From positions 62,001 through 126,000 of the forward strand of contig CAJVPI010000001.1 of the NCBI GenBank assembly GCA_910592345.1: 64,000 nt of DNA, given 5' to 3'. The notes below the pieces were generated by a model, which was not told the origin of the DNA, did no database searches, and worked only from the letters and a program-made list of their open reading frames with translations. The translations under genes were made by a program, and so were the position numbers. Shown here piece after piece: positions 41,409 to 52,275 of this stretch (the stretch's first letter is position 1; every line of letters begins with the position of its first letter). This DNA comes from Paraglomus brasilianum (taxonomy: Eukaryota).

Positions 41409-41479
41409 TATCTTCGATCACGTGATTTTTGAGAGGGCTGCTTTTGGTTTAAAAAGGTGTTACTATTACGTCAACGTGC

Positions 41480-42460
41480 ACAGGTCATATCTGTATGGAT
41501 TTCTTCTTTAAAATTGCCGAGGACTTTGCAAAATACGTTGGCTTCAATTACAAACAAAAAGGAAGGAACTAGGCAATAACTCTGTAAGTTTTGTATCCAA
41601 CTGGTTTACTATTAGGCATTATTTAATAACTTGGCAATCGAATTTCATTCGCAGAATGATGTTCAGGAAACAGACTTTCCCGATCCCAATACTTGCGATC
41701 TTGCTCCGAGTCCTAACTCTTTTGCCGAAAAGGTACCAAATTAGAATTTTGACTTGCGTTTTCTTGCAGACACTGTGCCTTTTTTGATCCATTGTCATGT
41801 TCTCGTTCGCCACGTCAAATTACTAGAACAGAAGTTCTCTATAGTTCGAATGACGGTCAAGGCTTCCTAGTCGGCAATGAGATATCAGCCGGCGTTTTAA
41901 CACAAGCTTTAGACAATCCCCAAATACCATTATCGTCTTCTTCGATCGGTATAGACGAACGCCGCTATCTGACGACAGTCAGCAACCGAGTTTACTCTCA
42001 AGGCTTCAACGTTGCAAGGTAAATCGCAAGACTGCTGGCATATTCACACTTTTGAATAATGATAATAATGACAATGTTCCGTTCGATTTGCAGGCGAACA
42101 ATGATGACAACACCAATGATGACGATGATGATGTCTTTTCAGTAAAAAGCTCCAAGCAGACAATCGAAATTACGAGCCCAGTTCAAATTTCAAGTCACCC
42201 GCTCGCCAAACATACAAGAAAAAAGCGAATACGGGCTATAAGACGCGTACCCGAAGATGACAGAAGAACAGAAGTATACGAGATATCGTGCATTTCCCAC
42301 AACAGTGACAAACTGTTGTATATTAACTTACATCCATAATGTATATTAAGAAGTAATAACTAATAGTTACTATATTAGTTGATGTTTGTGTATATTAATA
42401 TTGGTGTTTTCATAATAGACTTGATCTCCCAATGACCAAATTAGATAATAGACATAAGCA
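41480..42460 (+). pseudogene. Possible Rad21/Rec8 kleisin internal fragment
   Basis: AITL-intron, then an acidic/Ser-rich linker, then RKKRIRAIRRVPEDDRRTE-intron-PNDQIR, resembling the kleisin basic-patch + D..TEL motif. Stops are present and there is no C-terminal winged helix. Confidence 0.35.
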
Positions 42461-42728
42461 GGTAACTGCAGACCACGTTTGAGATTAGAAAGATACAGTG
42501 TGTAACAAAAAAAATTGGAAAATCCTACATTCCAGAGATTTATAATGTTATTAAGTTCGCCACATTATTATTATAAATTATTTAGCAATTTTGCTGGTAT
42601 TGTTAGTATTATTGCCTTTCTGGTAATTATAACCTTTTTAAATGTCTCAAAATTGTCATGCAAAATACAGTTACTGTATATTGTTAGCAGCATCTAGTTG
42701 CCAAAGTTTTCAATGACAAAGCGTTTCT

Positions 42729-42930
42729 TATAATATAAATTATTATCATACACTTCTACGCATTCCGACATCCTCTCCTCTGAAATGCTCTATCCCAACA
42801 GCATAACGCTTTCCTTCCACTTGCGGTTTACTTCGTCTGTAGACTGACACGTTTGATGCAAATACTTGTTTATCTTCAATGAAATCATATCTGTTATTGA
42901 GAAGCCGAGCAATATGAGGTAATCTTTGAG
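42729..42930 (-). repeat. Dispersed repeat, 3 copies (also 61809-62022 + and, more diverged, 27991-28135 +)
   Basis: Near-identical peptides AQRLPHIAR.LNNRY.FIEDKQVFASNVSVYRRSKPQVEGK.YAVGIE.FRGEDVGMRRSV*. The third copy shares GCAAGTGGAA..GCTGTTGG..TGTCGGAATGCGT. Confidence 0.85.
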
Positions 42931-44680
42931 CAATACGTTTAAGTCTTTTATTATATACATAAGGGGATTGAATCAAGTCGTCAATTGCCTGATTATGAAT
43001 GTCCACTGGAGCTAACGACATGGTTTGAATAAAAAAACTTTTCTAGCACCAGAGAGAGATCATCCTCAACATTTACTGTGTTACATAATAATAATAGTTT
43101 TGATATCAGATGCTAGTTCGTGTATTTTCATCGTACTGTAAGAAAAGCTAGCTGTGTCAACTAAATGTCAATTATTTGCAAGAAATGATAATTATTACGG
43201 GGAATAACGGAGACAATACTCGATTATTGCTCCCTAATAGTTTAGAAATAATTTATTATAACTTAATTTTTTCATTTATGATTTAAAAATATAATGTCAA
43301 ATATTTAACACTATTCGATGACGAAACAGAAACTCACATATCCTGGTGACACCGATTGTGATCCATTAACAGACGCACATTTTTTCTACCCCCATAAGTG
43401 TCATGGGAATCCAGAGAAATATATCAAATTCCGGGGATATCCGGAGAAATATATCAAATTCTGGGGATTTTTTCCCAGTATCCCCCGCCAGGCTTCCTCT
43501 TTCACATCCTTTCCTCGGCGCCCGCTTGGCGGTGTCCAACTTTCTCTGCCCTCGTAAGCAACCGGTTGTGCCGCCGTATTAATTCGTCAGTTTGGCACGT
43601 GAAGCCGCAGTTTGTTGAGAGCACCCGCAGTTAAAATAGCGGGTCTTGTCACTCAGATACATGATGTCTGAGCCTTTCCGTGGACCCGAGTAGCCGTGGT
43701 CATGATAGGTCGCGTAGTCGAATTTTTTTATTTTCAATCGACTTTTCCAAAACCCCGTCAAAAGTAAGCCGTAGTTGGTCTCGTCCTCGGATGACGCTTT
43801 GCTCCTTCCGCCTCCGGGGAGAATATGATGGCGATCTGCGGAAATTACGACGTCTCCCACCGCCCCCGCCACCGCTTGACTTTAATCCATATTTTGTTAT
43901 CGTAGCCCGGTCGGATGAGCTCAATCTGTAGAGAATCAACCTCCACGTTTTTTGAATAAAAATTTTATCGAGAGGGGTTTTTTCTTGATGTGTATGTGGA
44001 AGTTGGCACGAGAACTTTACAGTCTGCATAATAAAGTAGACACTATCCACAAAGATCTAGTAGTGATGTCTTGGTAGATATTACGGAGCTAAAGTGGTTG
44101 TGGTCAATCAGACTGATGAGTTTCGAACAAACGGCGCGGATGAAGGGCTATTTTATAATGACCCCCTCTATCAAAAGGCGCTGCCACATGATCACTGTGC
44201 AGACAATGTTGGCTACTTCCTTCTTTAGGTTTTAATGTACAATTGAGCTACATGGCAATTCTCATGGCCATAACACCAAACCCAGTGATGACTAAATTAT
44301 CACGCCAACTATATTCGAACTTGCAAATATATAATTGAAAATGTTACTTTACAAGATGTAAGCGCAGATTATGATAATTGATAAGATCAAATTAAACCTT
44401 AATAAAACACATGTTACTCTCGGTTGTGAAAGAATAAACTTAATATACAAACTTTGGAATCTAAATATTCTTACCATAAAGAGCAAGCTTAAAGAAAATT
44501 ATTTGTTCTAACCGACCTCGTCTTCTCCCTCACTTTGTTATCCCAAAGCACAATGTGTGGGAGCGACTATTACATATGTTTGATATTTGGGGTTTAGTGT
44601 CCTAAATAAGGAATACTATATAATCCGTGACTTTTCATCATGTGAGCGAGTGAGTAAACAATAGCTAGTTAGGCAAAAGG

Positions 44681-45135
44681 AGTGACTCTGGTTATAACGA
44701 CACTCTCGGAACGAAAAAAATGTCGTTGTATCCAGATGTCACCGCAATATGTATACGAGTAATTCGTCAATTTATCACATATAAATATTTAAGAGTAATT
44801 TAAGCCAGCAACAACTTTATTCACGAACAAAAAGCGAACCCAGTTTTGTTGTTTATAATTCTTTGAGAACAAAAGTATAAGTATGGTATCTAAACTTCGA
44901 AGAATAGAATCAAATTAATAATTGGTAGATCTTATATTAACGAGTTGCTTATGAAGAAGGAAATACTATGAGGTGATCAAACCTAGAAAAGAAAATATTA
45001 TGGGCTGTAGGTAAACTCAGATTTTCCTATGATTGTCGGTATATTAGTATATGCAGCAAACAGTATTTGGTTTTCAAAAAGTCGTTATTGAAGAATTGTC
45101 GTTTTATTCGGCTGCCGTTATAACCAGAGTCACTG
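44681..45135. mobile_element. pogo-like MITE (family B)
   Basis: Perfect 19-bp TIRs AGTGACTCTGGTTATAACG (44681-44699) / CGTTATAACCAGAGTCACT (45116-45134). AT-rich non-coding interior. Confidence 0.7.
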
Positions 45136-46879
45136 ATATATATTTTTTGCATACGTAATATAATGTAGAATGCGATAGTCGAGTAGACATCGCTACATAT
45201 ATATATATATATATACAGTTCCGCCAATTTATTTCTGGCCCTCCAAGTTGAATTCAACGAACAATAATAATTTTCTTACACCGTCAACTATAATAGTATA
45301 TGCTTTGACATACGTTTCAGGGACGTAGTCGCTTTCAATAGTAATAGCATTAACTCTCTTGCCGTCACCTCTGTGATACCCTCTTCCCCCAACCATTAAG
45401 ATCTATAATGGGCAAAAGTTCCATGACAACAAACGTGAGATGGGTCGATTGCGGATACGAAACCAAAAAGTCCCTGTATTTTTTATTGATGATCGTTGTG
45501 AAAACACGAACATTAAGAGTTTCTCCGTGAATAAGTGTAGGCTTGTAGCTTCGTAGTTCATCCACATTAGATGTCCGTGCATTGGTGACTACGTATAATT
45601 GTATGGTGATTTGCACACGAATGCTGGGAATAAATGAATGCAAGTTGGTGAAAGGATAATAATAAGTAAGACATAACCACTCTCATAAACATACACACAA
45701 ATTTCGTAAAAAGGGCTGAAAGCTCCCGTCCTATCATCAGACTATGGGTGACTTTAAGAATTATGATGGAGGCTCAGGCTTCATCAAAAGACCTCTTCTT
45801 ATTGTTCTTGTATGATTCTACCATAACATCATCAAACGCATACACTGCATCACTCAAGTTGTAAGTTTTTTTCCGCTCCAACCAGTATCTTCAACACCAC
45901 TATTATTTTTACATTCCTTTTCTTCTTGCGCAGTTTCCCACCGGCCATAATTAACTGCTATAGTATGAAAATTCAAGCTTTGCTATGCTGTTGTTCCAAC
46001 AGATCCTTTCGGAACTCACTATCTTGTACCAGTGTCTCATTATCAAAATGATTATAATTTTTTTTATTCTCTTTAGATATATTGGTTGTTTAGCCCCTAC
46101 GTTGAAATATGGCCGAAGGTAACAATAAGACTCTTATTGTATAGATGCTGTCTTGTCGAACAAAAACCAACGTCAATACTAGATATTTCTCTAAATTTTA
46201 AGATTAGACTATTAACTTACATTATTGTATGAGCCTTTAAATTTCGCTGCTTTAAATCGGGATACTTGCGCGCGCGTATACACGCAAACCGCTATATAAT
46301 ATTATAATATAAATATGTTAGTAAATCTCATAATCTCACAAGTAACTTTATCGATACATTAAGTAAATACTGTACCTTCCATAGACAGCCCAACGTTTAA
46401 ATTGAGTTGTCTGTGCACTCACATTTTCTATTAATCGATACGATGAGGATTATTTGATGTTTTTATGTAAACAAAAACTGAGTGGCTGTCGAGTGCTTAC
46501 CTTGTGGAAATAGACATTATAGACATGGTGACGGCTTGACTCTTTGGCCATTGCAGAAAGAGAATCACTGACTGTGTGTGTCATATTCCGACAGACACGT
46601 GTTGCTACTGAATTTTTTATTGACCTTTCCTTAAATGTAACCATTCAGAATGGGATCGTATACAGCAGCCAATGATATTACTCATGCCGCGGGAGCATTA
46701 CAAACCTTAAATGTTTGAATGGCATTACAAACCCCAAAGTCAAACACCAAAGATCAGGTCTCCCATTATTGTAATAAACATTATTATACCCTACTCGAAA
46801 GGACTCTATAATTGTATAACCAATATGTATTAGGAACGAAACGATTAAATCGAGTCTTGCATCAATATGTGTTAAATAG

Positions 46880-47180
46880 CTCGCTGCTGTTTGATGATAT
46901 CGAACTGTCCATCATCGTCTATAATGCAGTAATGTCGTAACACAAGCCGAGTAGACTGCCCATGTGCATTTTCCCAATCCGACTGCTTTCTGGAGACCCT
47001 TGTTCGATATTTACGAGGCCGTATATCTCCACGACCGGCAAGTGTCGACATACTTCGATGCTCGAAAGCTTTCTGATCATTTTCTTTTCTAGATAATAGT
47101 AAGATCGTACTGTGCCATAAGATGGTCATTGGCAGCTGCCTTTTGATAATATTACGCAGTTTTTTTCCGAAAAACCCCAT
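46880..47180 (-). pseudogene. Sel1-like repeat protein relic
   Basis: Frameshifted segments YYQKAAANDHLMAQYDL, QKAFE, LQKAVGLG / NAHGQ / LLGLCYD match the Sel1 repeat pattern (A..YY.KAA..G...AQY.LG.CY). Confidence 0.55.
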
Positions 47181-49020
47181 TGTAGTGTGTGTAGTACAAT
47201 AGTATACGGTGTATATGTGTTGCAAATTTACGGGTGGGTGCTTTGTAGTAGGAAGCTGCGCACTTAATTGTAATTGCGTCATTATTATATATCAAACATA
47301 AATTTGATAATTAGCGTTATTAATATGAACCTTGGATCGAGAACTATGCGACGTTCAAGTGACCCAGGTACTTCCCTAAAGCGTTCGGTAGAAGCGCCCC
47401 GATGAAGGCAAGACCAATGAAATGATAATAATCTATCTTGTGTATACATTTATTTTAGATCAAAAAAGTCGTAATGCTCGAACTCACAATGACCTGTCAT
47501 GTCACATATTGTTTGTTGTCGGTAAATATAGCAAATGCTTGTAGCACGATTATCCATATTTGATAAGATAAGTATGACGAAGCCTTTGCATCAAATCTGC
47601 TGACAAGGCCTTGCATCAATCTGCTTGCATAAAATCTGCTGACGTGGCGTTAAACGTAAGTCTTGTTTGTTGCGTAACCAATTTTAAGGAATGCGAGAAA
47701 AAGGTCAATCGTTTTGTTATTGCGCGAGAACAAAGAAAAATGTACATATCTGCTTTATTCCATTTATTGAGATTCAATAGTTATTATTTATATTACACGC
47801 CAGTATGAACTATAATATCTAATCGGAAAGTCTTAAATTACAATAACATAAAGTATATTACGTACGCCCTTAAAAATGGTGTTTACCATTTTATTGTGCA
47901 TCAACTATTTTAAACAACTTAGGCTTTAGTACATATATTGTATATATGAACATATGGTGTATATATTATGGTATTTGACTGATTGATAAACCTGTTCGCT
48001 TAGCCAAGCCTCGTTCCATGTGATAGATTGATAAGCACATTGACTTGTAGTGAAGAAGACAAAGACATTCATACCATTTTAACGATGGCTGAGGCGGAAA
48101 ATTGTTTGCCGGTATTGTATACTGTATAAAACGTAAATGGTTAAACTCTAGCAGATGACATAAGCGCTTGCTAAGCCCTCGGCATTGTCGATGGGTGATC
48201 GAATATTGTTTTGTTGGGGGGACCATGCTAAATTGTGTGATAAGCACTCGATCGTAACCAATAGACTTGAGAAGATTGGCTAATCATGTAGTGTATCCCT
48301 TTAAAATATACTTCTAATAGAAACAATGAAACATCCGCAGCGTGAATTATATTGCATTATACGTTGAACAAGTTAAGTTCTTTTTAAAAAAAAAGGGTAC
48401 TGTATAACAACTTTGCTAATAGTCTCCAGGAACATTTAATGGAATCCCCATCTCCTTACACAAACAACTACGCTATTGAACCTACCTTTCTTGGAATTTA
48501 ATTGACCTAAGCAAAAGGCCAACCCGCCCGTCTTTGTTCTATCTCTAAAAACACGGTGTTATGAACTGTAAATCACCAAAAAAGTTTTCCTCACATAAAG
48601 TTACAAGATGTTTTATTATCATGGTTGCTTTTCGTTATATGAATATCCTAATTTAGGCTGAATGCCATCTTTTGAATAAAAATTTTCTAAAATATGTAAA
48701 TTAAGTACCACAAATATTGCGCCTGCGTCGTCTTAAACGGGAATGTCATAGAAAATGAACAGACAATGTTTATTATTATCAGCGTCTGTAATCATTAACT
48801 GGTCAATTAATCTGAAATGTTGAATACATGCTATTGCTAACTTACGTAAATAAAATAAATTTAATTACCAGACATTTTTTTAGAGTATACTCAGTAGAAA
48901 AAACTCATTGCACAAATTGGGCATCACGGGATCCAAAATTTATATTTAAGTTCGTATGTGCACACGACTTTTTTGCTCCAGTCTGACCGGCTAAAAAAAT
49001 AACAACAACCAATATATCAT

Positions 49021-49122
49021 ACACATTACTCTCCCACATTACTCTCCCAAATTACTCTCCCACATTACCCCCACATTACTTCCACATTACTCCCACATTA
49101 CTCCCACATTGCCACTCCCACT
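49021..49122. repeat. Minisatellite CACATTACTC(TC)C immediately upstream of the SMC5-like ATG
   Basis: About 8 imperfect 11-13 bp units ending ~8 nt before the ATG at 49131. Confidence 0.9.
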
Positions 49123-49130
49123 CTTCAAAA

Positions 49131-50629
49131 ATGAGTTTCGAATCCGTTAACTCAACTGATAATGAGTAAGTTATTTCGATCCTAAGTGCAAGGGAATTCT
49201 ACTGTTGATAAAGATAATTAATATAAAAACTGTTGACCATGAAAGAGGAGATCGTAGATTATATGCTTTACGGTGCTATCAATTGTTATTAGCAGTTACT
49301 AGAGTTCTTGCTAGTTAACCATAAAATCCATATATTGCGCCACTCATCTTTGTCCATAGATACGTCGAAGCCTCCATTGTCCGTGTAACCTTAACCAATT
49401 TTATGCGATTCGAATCCACTGAGTTCCGGCCAGAGCCCAGCCTATGTATGCTGATTGACCAGAGCCACGGAGAAAGAACCGCGTTGTATAGTGCGATAGT
49501 CCTTGGACTGGGTGGTGATAATTCGGTTAGTTTAGGCATTTCCTATGTAAGACGATACCAATACAAAATATTAAACTGTATTTACAGTTATATAGCACAC
49601 AGGAGATCTCATATTACGTAAAATGTGGGTCGGCTCAAGCAGAAATCGAGATAGAAGTACAGGCGGCGGCGGAGAATTTGACAATCAGAAGAAGAATCGA
49701 TAGAGCCGCCAATATCTCGTTGTGGGCTATTAATGGTATGAATTCCTGATAGTAATAGCTGTGTTTGTTTTTATGTTTCGACCAATCGATAAACCTCTGA
49801 TGTTACATCTCTTAAATATAGGCGAGCCAGCAACCAGGGGGGAAATTATGTCTCGAGCAGGTGTACTCAACATTCAGGAGGGCAACCTATAGTAAGTGTT
49901 TATCGTTTATCATATTAAGTATACGTAAACCACGTGATGTCTAATCATAAATATTTGTTTTAGTCAATTCTTGTCGCAAGAGAGGGTTAGGGAGTTTATG
50001 GAGCGAGTATGTTAAGAAGCAATACACTTTTTGTGACTGCAATTATTCCCACAAACGTGCTCTCACCACCGAAATAATTAATTGATTTAGAGTGCGGAGG
50101 AGGATGACACAGAAGAAAGTGAAGAGGAGGAGGAGTTGCTGCTTCGGGGATGCCAATCTACTACGCCAGAAATTGGACTTGTTGCAAACGAAGAAGAAGA
50201 GCAGGCTGCATCATTAAACGATAATGGCATTGAAGAAGAACAAGGCCGTGCAACAACGACGTAAGTAAATTACATGCCAATACGCTGTGGTATTCTGTAG
50301 CAAACTAAACATAAGACAATATGTGCATCAATTAGCGCCGCCGCTATCGATGAAGCTGCTCAGACTAAAAGTAACAGTCACCGTGGAATACAGCAACCAC
50401 CGCCGGGATATAATACGGGCATTCAAAATCAAATTGTATGTCTTTATTATTATTATTATTATTATTATCATCATTATTATTATCATTATTATTATCATTA
50501 TTATTATCATTATTTATTTATTTCGCAAAGGGATATTAATATCGGTTTTGGAACTAATTAACATGAAATCTGTAGAATGTAATAAATGATGAGTTACGAC
50601 AAATCAATAACGCTCTAAACAAAGAGTAA
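49131..50629 (+). CDS. Spliced gene encoding a truncated SMC5 N-terminal head-like domain (degenerate Walker A) plus acidic low-complexity tail, 261 aa
   Basis: Exons 49131-49165, 49360-49525, 49588-49735, 49822-49891, 49964-50006, 50091-50260, 50336-50435, 50576-50629. All seven introns are GT-AG, phases are consistent and there is no internal stop. The translation YVEASIVRVTLTNF..EFRPEPSLCMLI..SAIVLGLGG..EISYYVKCG..AEIEIEV..NLTIRRRI..SLWAING..LNIQEGNLYQFLSQERVREF follows the SMC5 pattern GSIVRI.L.NF..EF.PGP.LNMIIGPNGTGKS..AI.LGLGG..EFVK.G..IEIEL..W.ING..LNIQV.NLCQFLPQD.V.EF. Confidence 0.8.
50443..50515. repeat. (ATT/ATC)n microsatellite inside intron 7 of the SMC5-like gene
   Basis: Trinucleotide run that produces the spurious poly-Ile ORFs. 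Confidence 0.95.
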
Positions 50630-51656
50630 GCCGAACAAGAGGCGTGAGTAAGTTGAGTTCGGAGAGACGAGACGTACCTTCTGATTATAATTATAGAAGA
50701 TGAGAAGTTAATCGTAATTCGATATGATTTTATTTATTCATATATATATCAAGGCTCCAGTCTCTCGCTGTTTAGTATTGATAGCAAATTCTGTAACAAT
50801 GTCATCTTCAGACAGAATGTCGATATTGTTAGCCTAAACCTTCACTGCTGTAATAGCTTAAATAGAAATGTAATTTTTGTAATCGGAATTTCCAAGAACA
50901 CTGTGGGATTCTGTAACAAACCAAACATAAGACAATATGTGCATCAATTAGCGCCGATATCTCTCAGTCCCAAAGTGATAGTCAAGATGCCTTGAAAGAG
51001 CTTGTTTTAGCATGTAGTCGGATATTGTATAAAGATAATGTAAATGACTATTACCAGCGCGTTCCATGACTACTGATTAACTACCACGGGAGAGCGAATC
51101 AACTACGAGATTTAGCTATCGGCCCAACGCTTTATCATTAACACTATATGCCTGACATGTTGGTGCTCTAGGATCAATATCTCCATTATGACAGCGCTAC
51201 AGTTCGTCGTGTTTACAACGGTACAATAGTCGCAAGAAGTTCTAATCCCGTGACTGTAATATCCGTCTACAAAAAAAAATTCATTTATACACAGAACGCT
51301 CTATTTGTCGAAAGTATACCTGAGAATTAATAGCTCAAAACAGAAATATTCAAGAATCATAATGCCAGCGGAAAAGCCTTTGATGAGGGTAATGCCATCG
51401 TAGTAGAAGTCATCCCCAGTTGATGTTACACGCCTGTTTGATGAAATACTATATGCTGATCTGTATAACACGTGATAATTATTTATATTGGATCTTGCAT
51501 CAACTGTAGGTCAGTACATGGTCGGTGCTCTATAAGCCGAAGGATATTCGTCCTAACGGGGTTTTCGGCTTAACGGTTAACGGGGTTGACCTTGTAATAT
51601 TGAACGTATTCGACGCACTTGGCTGGACTGGAGTGGTTAGAAGTCTGAAAGAAAGT

Positions 51657-52275
51657 GGTGCTTCAATATCCAGTAAGAACTCATGAAAAAGTGAATTTGA
51701 AATGTTAACTTCTCAAGATTGTAATATTTGATTATCTGGGCGACTCAAAGGGTTCATCGAATAATTGCGGATACAGGCACAATAATGTCTATTAACCCCG
51801 CGCCCACCGAGTTGGCAATACAAGCGACGGAATTACAACGTATGCCCGTTGCGTTGCCAAGCCTACGTTTGCAATCAGGGTGCTTCGATATCCGGTGAGA
51901 AAATGAGTTTGAAAATGTTAACTGCTCAAGATTGTAATATTTGAGTGACTCAAAAAGTTCATCGAATAGTTGATACAGGTACAATAATGTCTATGTACCC
52001 CGCGCCCACGAGTTGGCAATACAAGGAACGGAATTACAATGTATGCCCGTTGCCACAATATAGGGTGCTTCAATATTCGGTAAGAACTCATTTTGAAATG
52101 TTAGCTGCTCAAGATTGTAATATTTGATTATCTGGGTGACTCAAAAGGTTCATCGAATAGTTAATACAGGTACAATAATGTCTATGTACCCCGCGCCCAC
52201 GAGTTGGCAATACAAGGAACGCGAATTACAGTGTATGCCCGTTGCCACAATATACAGGGTGCTTCAATATCCGGT
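51657..52275 (+). repeat. Three tandem ~185-222 bp units, each an intron+exon-like cassette
   Basis: Units start GGTGCTTC at 51657, 51879, 52064 (partial at 52258). Each contains GTAAG/GTGAG...GATACAG or AATACAG followed by the same coding-like block (CCCCGCGCCCAC..GAGTTGGCAATACAAG). Confidence 0.9.

Noticed and set aside
47970..48290. PRPP-synthetase-like words (ANLLKSIGYDRVLIT, PIDN)
   Set aside because: The diagnostic DLH and other motifs are absent; too weak to call.
50287..50589. Poly-Ile ORFs on both strands
   Set aside because: They are translations of an ATT microsatellite inside an intron.
51657..52275. CRISPR-like array (also considered for 49021-49122 and 54370-54468)
   Set aside because: Units repeat in full with no unique spacers; eukaryotic context; no cas genes.
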